NCBI GenBank assembly: GCA_965637545.1
Contig: OZ281495.1
Location: 22,010,001 to 22,074,000 of the forward strand
Reading direction: 5' to 3'
DNA length: 64,000 bases
Source of the DNA: Phallusia mammillata
Lineage: Eukaryota
In this document: one piece after another, positions 1 to 11,700 of the stretch
Numbering within the stretch: the stretch's first letter is position 1
Layout of the letters: every line of letters starts with the position of its first letter
Translations under genes and position numbers: made by a program
The notes under the pieces: model-generated
What the model saw: the letters and a program-made list of their open reading frames with translations, nothing else
Database searches by the model: none
What the model was told of the DNA's origin: nothing

Positions 1-3000
1 TACATGGCTTCCAAAATGGTACTTTGCCCAATTCAAGTTCTTGTTTGGTCCTGTTATAAAACGCAGACGCTGCGAATAATCAACATTTCGGTGGTTTGTT
101 GACGCCTCGACGATACGCTGATGGGAAAACTGTGACGCCAGGCGCAATGTGTTGACCAACAACAATGCCACCGCACAAACGAATAACAAGAATCAGTCAA
201 TCTTGTATAAAGCGTTTTTTTACAAAATGGTGATTTATGAAACGTGCTTACACTGATTCATTTGTCTGCTTCGATTTTAGCAGAAGCGAAAATAAGGTGT
301 GTTTTTAAATGCCCGAATTGTTTGACGTACCAATAAAGTGATTTGGTAATGCTCCTGCTTAAATCAAAGTTCCACTAGTTTTTTCCAAAGGTTTCTTTGA
401 AAAATGTAGTTGTCACAATATGTTAGCATTTTTATGTTACCTGTCCTTAGGTTTTGCACTTTTTGGAATATTCTGTCCTTAATGACAAGTTACTAAACAA
501 ATTCCAATTTCGCTGTTTAACACAAACCCGCACTTTTTTGAGATGTCCATGTGTCTGTCAATTCGCAAATTTAAAAGTGAACGCATAACATGTGTGTGGC
601 GATCCTCATATAACTAATTTAGGTTAATGACAGGCACAAGTCATGAATCACCTGGTTGTTTTGAGGTTGTAAAAAAAGTTCAAATGATTTGTGGCGAAAA
701 ACATGCATTTTTCTTTACTTAAGCTGCAAGTGACGATCAGCAGTAGATGTTTAATTATTGTCACGATGCCCTGACGCTGTGATAACATTGTTTGCAATCA
801 ACAGTGCATTTTTTCGTATCTAATACTTACTGGTGCCTGTAACAAGTTCGCACGGCTTAATCCGTCCAATCAACATTCTTCGCATACCTGTCTATAAAAC
901 GCGAGCTACCGCCAATCGACCTTCCATATATGGCAGGTCGACCCGGCCATTCCATCACTCACCGCAAACCAGGGTATCAATAGCAGTGGGGCGGCCTGGG
1001 GTTAATTCGCCTTGGAACCCAAGCCCGTGGACTCAAGGAGCCACGGAAGTTTTTATAGGCGGGAATGTTGTTTTGATCGAACGTTTCAAGTCCGCTAACA
1101 GTCCGTGTGGTATTCACCTAACAAGTTCATCCATCAATGTAGCTTCCTATAATCCAAAGGTTTTAGCTTTTTTTGCCTAATTTAGGGTATGTCTCTTATT
1201 TCAACAGGTATCGTAACCAAACCGGGAAAACTGATCTTTCTCTTGGAGATTCGTTTCTTTGCGAACGCAGGAACCGTTTTCATTTGTGTTGCAAATGGGG
1301 ATTTAGGAGTTGTGGGAGTTGAGGAAACCTGATTTTAGCGATATTTGTTGAAAAGAAAAATGAATTTACCCATTGTACATCATCAATACCGAAAGGAGTT
1401 ACGGTTTTTATAGTTTTGTGGTTAAAATTTAAATGATAAACGCATTCCCGTATTGAACAAATTGCCCCACATCGTTTTGCTAAAATGTTAGTAAAGCCAA
1501 AAACAGGTGTGTCCTACTTTAACAACGATTTCCGAACTAACGCCACTTTGTTCCAAAAATATATCGCAGCACTTTGGACGAAAAAATACCAACTCCTCGA
1601 TGTAGAGGCACGAAATCATTTTCAGCAACAACTAGTCGTTGACCTGGGTGGTCGGTAATGGAACATTGTTTGTAAACTTTTTGTTGGCATTAGCTTTGAT
1701 ATCTTCCATACAATGGATGTGAACTCGACTCCAAGTTCTCACCCTCATTGTTTTCTGCTGAAGTGTATATTGCATAGGGGCGAGGCTGTATTTCGGCATG
1801 TTTTACTGAATAGTTAGAAAATCACGTTCCCACGCATAATTCACTTGTCGCACAATAAAGCCTAGCTAGTGTGTTGTGTTTTAAGCTATATCGTGCAAAA
1901 CAAACCATAATTAGGAGACCGGAAAATAATGTATTATCTTTTTGACAAAGATGAGTCCAAAGTATTTAAAGTTATCCACAATTTTGTGAAACAACCCTTT
2001 ATTATGTTTATGAATGAACAAAACTGACCAATTTTCAACCGTCAAATTATCAACTATACCATAAACTTCACAAGCGCCAGAGTAAACCAGAAAACGTCGT
2101 CAGATGCAGTTTATTATACCAGCAAGCAATTCGGGGCACGTCTGATTTAACAGGGAAAGTGGAAACCACTCTGCAACGGGGCGTCTAGCCGCTGGGATTG
2201 TGGAATAAACCACAGAATAAACAATTTGGGCCAAACTCATCCAACAGCATCAAGCAAACACATTAAATTTGCCGAATATGCGTTTTCAGGTGCGGCAAGT
2301 TCAGGCAAAGACGATGGATTGATCTCAACACATTCTGGTGTCACCGCGGGTCTATGCACACAAAGGATAACAAACAACAGCTTTGCCTATTTTATAACAG
2401 ATGGGAAGGGAACACTGAGGATGAGAAATGTCCTTCAAGACAGAATAAAACTAACTGCAACATACGACTTGCCATAAAAAATGTAACAATGCGTTTTGGC
2501 GAAAACTTAAGTGAAAACCTATTTTTTGGTAATTTTAGGGCAATACCCTCCGCGGGTCATTTGCCGCTCGATCCTTGCGAACCAATCCCAAACCAAGGAA
2601 TTAGACCATACAAACAAACCCTGATAGTTAAAGAAGTTGTTTTCGTTACGCAAATTCATGCGTAGCAAATTATTTATTCCATGACTGACAACTAAAGCGA
2701 AAAATATTGCGTTGCGCAGCACGACTGGATCTCAACCGAGAATTTATTGAGCCCCAAAGCGTTGCGGCTTCTGAACATCAGTCGGGAATAGTGGGTCTCA
2801 CGCGAATTACGATGCCAGTGGCTTTATTGACACTCGACCGAAACGGGTGCTTGCCCGCCTTTTGTGAACCTTGTGCTGCTCTGTGCTGGTTGTCATCGTT
2901 AAGCCAAATTTATTTTTCTATTTTTCTTTGGCTTGCTGCAGTGGAATGATGAAGCATTGAATGCCAACAGGTGGCTAACATTTATCACTTTTTAACATGA

Positions 3001-3723
3001 GGAGGGGGGCGTTTATTTGCGATAACCGTTTTCATGTGCTAAAAACGTAACATTGTTTTTAATACGTATGATGTGTTGCCAATATTAAATGATATGTTGC
3101 CAAATTTTTAAATGTGCCAAAACGCGAAAAAATGTGTTAGAGAAAGCGGCAAAAACAGTCTTTATACTGCCGCAGTTTAAGCGCAGCAATTTCTTTCTCT
3201 ACGACTTCACCAACCAACCTTGTGGAATGGATCAAGTTCCAAATGCCACTTTACGGCTCAAGGGCTTTAAGCCCCCACCACTCGCTTATCTCTACAATTG
3301 CCACAAGCACTTTATGCAACCTTCGGGACATTCAGGAACGTACCAAGGTTGCTAGGGTTTCCTATATTCAGCTCTGACAGAATACGCATCTCTTAAGATT
3401 GGGAGTGTTGACTGCGTTATGCGTCAGTGTTCGTCTCGCGCGCGCTTGACGTCACTTGTGGTCAATTATGATAAGACAGATGATGTTCATAACGCGTTGC
3501 GTCGAAGTCTAATAAGGTCGAATTATGTTATCATTTGAAAATCACAAAAACAGTTCAAGTTTGGTTAGTCTTGAAATTGTACACAACCGCGAGGAACTGG
3601 GCAACAGGCATTCGCCACTTGAATTCAGTTCATGAAATGTTAAGGACCTTAGACTTGTTGACAGAGAACGCGAAACCGGCGGCCGTTGCTACAAATACGC
3701 CGCAAAATACAAATAGTATAGAC

Positions 3724-4277
3724 CAGTGGTTCTTAACCTTTTTGGTGTGGTTTCCCACTTAAGTAAATCACCAAGTTCGAATTTCCCCCTCTGTTATTTT
3801 TATACTGATGTTTTGTGCCCAACATTAACAAAAACATATTCTTTAATCGAAACAATTTTGTGAAGCGAATTTGTCGGGACCTTAAAGGCATACTGCAATC
3901 TTATTTAGTTTAAATAGTGATTTCGTGAGAAAGTAAAATCAGGTGGAATTTTGAAAAATCCCATGTGCTTGCATTAGTCGTTTATTGCATGACAATCAAC
4001 AGATCAAATGCATTTATTCGCGAACAATAACAAAGTCATTGATACTTTTAGCAATGTCTGTGACGTAACAAATGATTTTTTGGATTTTTTTGCGCCTTGT
4101 ACAACTAGGTGAAGTTAATCTTACATGTTGTTGCGGAAAATTGTGTATTAAATTAACTTTCAACGGTTAGTTTCAACCCACGGGCCCGAGTTTGGTGACT
4201 TCTGACTCACACAATTTCCCTCCAAAAACATTAAATTTCCCACTAGTGGGAAATTTCCCACCGGTTAAGAACCTATA
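3724..4277. mobile_element. Non-autonomous hAT/Charlie-type MITE
   Basis: Left TIR CAGTGGTTCTTAACC (3724-3738); right end GGTTAAGAACCtata (4263-4277, 11 nt perfectly inverted); 8-bp flanks GTATAGAC (3716-3723) and CTATAGAC (4278-4285) match 7/8 and resemble the NTCTAGAN target of Charlie elements. Confidence 0.75.
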
Positions 4278-5257
4278 CTATAGACCAACAAATCGTAAAT
4301 TGTAAAGAACTACTATTGCGCAAGAAACCGTGCAAGTCATGATATTGCCAATTACTGTTGTTTACTACGTTTTCTCCGCCTCGTTGCATCGAAGGTTTCT
4401 GCCTTGACCGCTTCCGACGCATTTTGCCATGTTTGGTGTAAAGGGATGGCAATGCATTTCGGCAGGTATGTGGCGCGTCATCGGCGAACTTCTGACGTCA
4501 GCGCCTGTCAGGTCCATTCATGCGAACTCGCAAATGCCATTGGATGAATAGGCCTTAGCTTTTAAGCCATTCTTACATTCCAGTACGAAGAAATTTATAT
4601 TTAACGCCAATGACTTCAAATCAGTTCGAAATCAGTTCGGAAAAATGTTTATGTATTCAATGTACTGGACGAAAATATGTAGTGGAATAAAACAAAACAT
4701 AAAATAAACAACGTACCCCACCACACAGCAAAATTTGTCCATGAAACCTCCATATTAAGTTTCAAAAGAAAAACCGTTTCTGTACTAGGAAATATTTTGC
4801 TCTCGGAAGTTGGACGCCACAATATCGTCGTGATCTTTGCTGTGTATTTGTGTCCCAAACTTCACTCCCGAATTTGGTAAAGAAAAACAAGTGTAATGTC
4901 TCAAAATGAACATGCCTCGGATCTGTAAAGAAAGGCAATCATTGTGTTAACTTGATTTAAAAACCTTTAGGTATTATGTGATATTGATGTCGTACTGAAC
5001 TTACCATGTAAAGGTCAAAAACGGCATTTTTGAAATATTTTTCTTTTTTTGTGATGCTACACCAAGAATGAAATATTCAAAAAATTAACCTCATCACCAA
5101 AAGACATGCGAACACACCCCCTTTATCGCCGTCATTTTAATGCTTTCTGACGTGCGTTTATATGCTCCACGCGTGGAGAAAGGCACAGCACACGGCACGC
5201 GCTTCTTGTGGCAGAGCAAGAAAAAGGCACAACGAGAAACGCCGAGCACCTTTTCAC

Positions 5258-5266
5258 TATATAAAG
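5258..5266 (+). promoter_or_regulatory. Candidate TATA box of the thrombospondin gene
   Basis: TATATAAAG upstream of a putative non-coding first exon (GT donor GTG|gtatgt near 5420), followed by acceptor TTGCAG at 5700 leading to ATG 5773. Motif evidence only. Confidence 0.4.
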
Positions 5267-5772
5267 CGCCCTGGCCGTGTACAAACCCCATCGGATACAC
5301 ATGGGGCCTCGGCTGACCAAGTGGTTTTGCCTTTGCCGTGTTTGGTAGATGTTGGAGCTTTAGTGAATTGCAGGGTGCAAAATTACAGACTGCTTTGTCG
5401 CAAAATCTTGATGTTGTGGTATGTAGCGATTTCCTGTCGTTGCGCAAAAATTTTATTGTTGGATTTTGAACAAAAGGGACAGTTTTATGATAGGTCGCCT
5501 TATAAAGGTTTAGAATCGAAATTTTTCGAAACTGTAATTTCGACAGCCAGGGGCTTTTAAAAGCGTTTGCGTGTCGGTGCGAGGAGCCATTTGTGCACTA
5601 TGTGACCAGACGCACGTGGCGATTAGCGTAGTTACGGACATTTAAAGAATGACGTTAGTTAGAAGTGTTACCCACTGGTAAATTCGTATGTCAATTGCAG
5701 ATTTTGTTATTGTTTGTCCTGAATATTGTGTCTCAAAAATTATTTTTGCTTGGCTAAGAAACCTTCACTGAA

Positions 5773-8700
5773 ATGAAGTGCCTACTTTTAATTGGTACGA
5801 TTGTCCTGGTTGCTGCTTCTGTCACAGGTAAGCATTACTGTCACTTAAAACATACGTTGTGTCGTTTGTGCTTTAGTATAAATAACTTGTCTTGTCAGTA
5901 TTTATTTTCTTTCGGTTAATAATTTTGAAAACGCGTTCTTTGTGTATTTCAGCAAACCCAGACTCGTTTGACCTTTTTATGATGACCCGTTTGGCGAATT
6001 CCATCGGAAAGGGAGCGCCACTGGATCGCACGGTAAAACGCGACCAAACGGCCCCGGATCATTTTATGCCGGCTTATAAATTTAAACGAGTGTTGGGCAA
6101 TAATGACCTGGTTTCCGTCGAAACTCGTTTTACCACTCTGGCAGCATCCCTTGCACAGAGCACCGGATTCGTCTTCATCGCCACATTGAAGCAGCCACCA
6201 AAGAACGTCGGCACAATCGTCAGCGTCACGCCTAAACGTTCGGCGTCGTCGCTGCCGACAGCGTACTTTGCAATCGTGAGCGACACCAAAACCGACCGAG
6301 TCGACCTGCATTACGGCATTGGCGACAATAAACACGTCGCCCGCTTTGAATCGGCAGGTGTGTTCCAGGACGCGATGTTGTGGTCAAATTTCACCCTGGA
6401 AGTGTACAAAGACACTGCGAGTCTTTTCGTCAACTGCCAACTCATCGGATCGCGCCGTCTTGAAACTCGTTTTTACCGCATCCTGGATTCGAGGGAAAGT
6501 CAACTTCGTCTCGCAAACGCTTACGACCACACAACTGCCGATTTTCGGGTAAAAATAACATACAATGTGTGTATTGTCCTTTGTTCTTGGCGATTTAATG
6601 AGCTAAGTTCATTTTATCGGCCTAAAATCAAACAGTTCCAGCTAACAATGTATCGGCTCTATTCATATCCCAGCATGGCCATAACGCGAGGGTAATTTGC
6701 TCGGCGGTGTTTGCCAATGACACCCAACCTTGACTAGCCAAACGCCTTTTCTGTGTGCACAAGATTTGTTCGGTGATTAACATTGGCAGATTTGTCGTGT
6801 CCCGACTACCATTCTCCACTTCAGCTCGTTGATAAGGGTTCTCCGGCCTATAATGATATCGCGACCCTTGTTTTTCCGCTGGCTACCCTTTGTTTGTGCG
6901 ACGCAGCGGGACAAAGGACGGAAACAACTGACGAGTCATGCTTGCTCCCTTTGTGTGCTACTTAACTTGGGATTGAACTTGTTTGCGATGCTACCGGTGC
7001 ACCCTTTGATTTATTGCGCAGTTTCGGAGTACACCACGATAAATCGCAGGGGCGTGCACTGGCTGGCGGGCAATTTTCCCCTATGTTCAACCATGGTTGG
7101 TTTGTTAAATTTACAGCACTACGTATCACTGACTGGCGCACTTTGAAGTTGCTGTGACTGCAAAAAATCGTGTGCTAAGATTTATTTTTATGTATTTGCA
7201 GGGTTCTATGCAGAAAGTGCGATTTCTAGTCGGCAACGTTTCCGCACAAGAAACTATGAACAGTCACTTCGCGTGCGCCACCGACAAACCATCGGGTATG
7301 AAAAGCTTTTGTGTTTGCCAATGTCAACAACCGTCGTTTCTCGTACTATAGTTTTATTGACTGATGCTTTGTTGTGCAGAAAGTACCGAAGAAACCCAAA
7401 CGGCACCAGCAAATTCACCCTTCGGCGGCGGTGGCAGCTACAGCTGGGCCAGGGATATCGTCCTGCAAGTTCTGCGCAACGAGTGCAACTTTTCCTGCAG
7501 CGCGGAACTTCGTAGCCCGGGACTCCGTGACACAGAATTTGGCTCGTGTTGGATGGACGACACTCGCTACGGGGATGGCGACACTTGGGAACGAGACGAC
7601 TGTACCAACTGCACCTGTCAAGTGAGTAGCAACCCAAAATGTCATGTTTATTCCTCCGCGTCACGCCGAAGATGCCCAACCCCATGGAAGTGGGTCGAGC
7701 CTTGCAAACGCAATAAAGTTCTGCAAAATAAGTTTTCAAATGGATGGTTTAGCGGAACAAAGGAATCATTTAAAGCAAACAGTGTGATTCATACTTTGGT
7801 GCCTGAGTAAGCTTTGAGTAACCAACCCCAGTGATCAAGTGACCCCAAATGTTTTGTGTTAAAAAATTTGTTTGACTGCTATAAACACTGATGCTGCAAA
7901 AGTTTGTAATTATCTGCAACATATAATGTCATTTTGCAGAATTCAAGAATTCAATGCACAGATATTCAATGTCCTGTCCTGAATTGCATCGATATTGTTC
8001 ACACCAAGGGACAGTGTTGCCCAAGTTGTCCTGGTAAGTTTCCTAACATTGCATTCAATGTGTATTCGCCAATTTATGTCAACTTAGCATTGTTTGTGTT
8101 TACGTTTCACGATGCTATTTACTATCGCGCGCGTAGGTAAGGATTGATAGAAAGCATTTCGAGCCTGTGTTATATCGACAATCAACGTGAGATGAAACTT
8201 AAATAAAAACCACTTTCTACTAAATCGCGCATGGCAATCGTTTCTTGGCGATTTCATCTTTCCTCGCCTGATGTGTTATCGAGATCTGGCGCGTATTACC
8301 TGCAATTTTGTTCCAAAACAAGTTTGCGAGCGGATCGGGTACTTCGGTTCGCTTATCTTGGCATGCGCGAGAGGCGCCGTTAGCGATAATACTCTGGCGT
8401 TGGAATTTGTTGGCTGTGCTTACTTTAATCACTCGCGCGCCTACTTGGTACTTGAGGTCAATACATGTGATTTGCGAACGACCAACTTAAACTGTTCCCG
8501 GTATCCCCCGCGTTGCATCGCGATGGTATAACTCGGTGGGAGAAGGGTATTTTTGGTGAGTCACCGCCATTTTGCAGCGGGATTATTCGAAAGCCCGGGG
8601 GTCTGCTAATTTTTGATGCATAACTATCTCAGGTATGGCATGATTAACAATTTGGTCTTATTTCGTGGCTTTAAATGACCCGAAAAGGAGTCACCCACGG

Positions 8701-11700
8701 AAAATTCGTTTCGAGTTTCGATGTTACCAGAATACCGACCCTTTTGGGGATCGGCACGCGAATTGGCGAGTCACGTAAAGGTCTGGCATCCGGCGATTGT
8801 CATCGAGTTGCGTGCTTGAATTGCGAGTTCAGATGAGAACGGTTTTGTGATGGCGACAGAGCGTGAGTAATCGCAAGCGTGCAAATGGGGAGGAGGTCAC
8901 CTTGAGAAGAAACTCGTCTGGGTCGTGGGTACAGGATGTGGGTGATATCAAGTTAATTCCGCCTGTTTGTCGGGGTTGATCGCGCCCAAATCTTTTTGTT
9001 GAAGGAGAAACTCCTTAAGTGTTGTACTGCCAGAGCAAACAAGCCGCGAACAGAACATGCGATATCCTGCATGGATCATATGAGATTGAAATGGTTGCCT
9101 TGCGTATAAAGGGCTTGGATGGAATGCTACCCGGTCGTCAAAACACTTCGCGGAACAAGCGTTGTTATACGCAGATTTCGGCGCTAATGAGCTTTTGCGG
9201 CAATAGACAAACACTCACTGCTCGAGCGGCAAAGTGCGCACTGGTAAGTTGACGTTGACGCAGCACCCGCCTGCCTTAATTACACTTGCCCTTTGACGGA
9301 TAGAGGCAAAGGCATTTCTCGCCTGTTGGTGGGAAAATACATAATCGGCGTCGACTACTTTCGGCTTATGTGCCAGGCTCGAAGGCAAACGGTTTTAAAA
9401 TAACTTGCGTGTTAGTCAACTGATAGGACCAAAAACGGACAGTCTGCCCTAAACTTCGAAGAAACACGCGATAAGAACGATAAAGACAGATTCCTAAAGG
9501 ATGAGCCAAAGTCGAGATTTCGACATTCCCTAAAATCGCCACAGGGCTCGGATTTTCAACACATTTTTGTGCGTTAGTGGTATTCCCACCTGTCGGTAGA
9601 GGTTTTGTGTCAAAAATTTATAATTTTTGGCTGACAGCCAATAACAAATAAACACGCGAAATCATGTGATTCAGGTTATCGACGTGTGTACATGTTGTCC
9701 GTCAACTTGTCATGCCTAATGGATATTTGTGATCGTTGTGGAAACGATACTGACCATACAGTTAATCTGTAACTATAAGATACTTGACTTCAGGTCATAG
9801 AACTGTGTTTTTATTTTCGGGGATTAAAGATTACTTTGATTTCATAAACCGCCAGCATGCGTAATAACAAGATTTTCGTTGTTATTCATTGTCCTCGTAT
9901 TCACGTGTATTTGACCACGTCGGAATTCAAGGTATGTTGTTGACTTGCGTTGCGCGCTTCGCGGATTAATTGTGGGCCACGCTGGTCAGCTGCGCGAATG
10001 CCGTATAAGGCGTTCTGAATTCTCGCCACAAATTGCCACGTGTTGAGGAAAAATTTTACACTTGTGCAGACTTTGACGTCAATCAGGTCGCAACAGTTCA
10101 ACAGTTGCTAAAACCTACCTTGCAACTCTTTACCCCGTAGTATCTCCCCTCCAAGTCGGGAAAGATCAACTTCTTATCGCAGTTTATCGAGTCACTTAAG
10201 TTCAAATGTAGATTACTAAGGTCATGTGTGTCAAGCAACGTATTTTCGGTTACGTTCTCACGAATCAACAAGTCCGGATGAAAATTAGGGACAAACAGGT
10301 TGCCACAAATTTCTGTTTACCAAGTTTGTTATTACTGATTATCATGTAGGACATGATGACGGTAAACAATCGGTAATGTTTGACATGTGTTGTGACGTGA
10401 AAGGAAAACTTCAATGCTAATACTCTTGTGGCAAATAAAATTCGACATGAACCTAAGTCAGCATCACAAACTATGTTGCGGTTGCCGGTGGCACTTGTAG
10501 AAAAATCAATTCGGCTCACAATCGTTCATGATTTCATTTTTCAACGGCCTGAGACAACACGGCATTGGGCTTGGAACAACAAATTCACGGTTCAATGGCG
10601 CCTAAAGTCGGAAGTGGCGCGTCGCCGCTGAAAGCAATACACGAACCCAATCACAAGATTTCAAGATTCTCCCCCTGTTCAAACACCCTTAAATCGTACC
10701 AGGGCACACCTTATTCGGTTAAGTTTTCTACCTTATGGTCACGGTTTGGACTTCATCATTGCTGTTTGGATTACAGAGAGCGCAAAGGGATTCTCACCAT
10801 GGTCAGGATGGTCCGAGTGTTCTGTTACTTGCGGCATTGGACATGAAACCAGAGGTCGTTCCTGTGATCGCGTATATTTTGATTGTGACGGTCCATCTAT
10901 GCAGAGTCGAAATTGCATTCGCGAACCCTGCAACGTTAAAGGTTGGTATTTTCTTTACAAAAAAATCTTTTAAAATGATGCTAAACCCACAAACTAAAAC
11001 AATCTGTGTAGTGCGACGAGATGGTGGATGGTCTCCATGGACTAAATGGTCACCATGCAGTGTCACATGCGGAAAAGGCCGAACCACGAAAATCCGAAGC
11101 TGTAACTCTCCTCTGCCACAGCTAGATGGCGCTCAGTGCGTCGGGCCTGACCGCAAAACACGCGACTGCAAAATGTCTCCATGTCCAGGTAAAAATCAAG
11201 TAATAGCTGTTGAATTATGAGTTCAACGAAGGTAGATCTCACACATTTTCAAACGTTTCGCAACGTTGGTTATGTAAGTGAGTTGTGTAAAGGCGCCGGC
11301 CTATGAAACGTGATCCAGATTATCTCAGCAATTTTGTATTAAAGGTCAAAGCACTTTTAGTGGGGCGAGTGATCTTATAAGTGGCGCATATAGAATTGTG
11401 TCTAACCTCGCTGTTTTTTTCGCAGTCGATGGTGGATGGGGCGAATGGAGCGTCTGGAGTGAATGTAGCGCGACATGCGATGATGGGTTCAAGACGCGGA
11501 GCCGTAAATGCAACAATCCCAAACCCCGATTTGGTGGAAAGCAATGCTCCGGTGATAGCAAAGCAACTGAACACTGCTTGGTGAAAGCATGTCCCATCGG
11601 TAAGATTTTCGTGCAAGTTAAACAAAACCTCAGGCATGAATCTAATTTAACAGACCACCATAGCTGTTATTGTTTACTTCACACATCTTCGAGCGCAATC

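Noticed and set aside
5949-6335. Antisense and alternate-frame ORFs over thrombospondin exons (e.g. 5949-6335, 7254-7739, 12691-13044, 15315-15746)
   Set aside because: Shadow ORFs of real coding exons; no independent start, splice or homology support.
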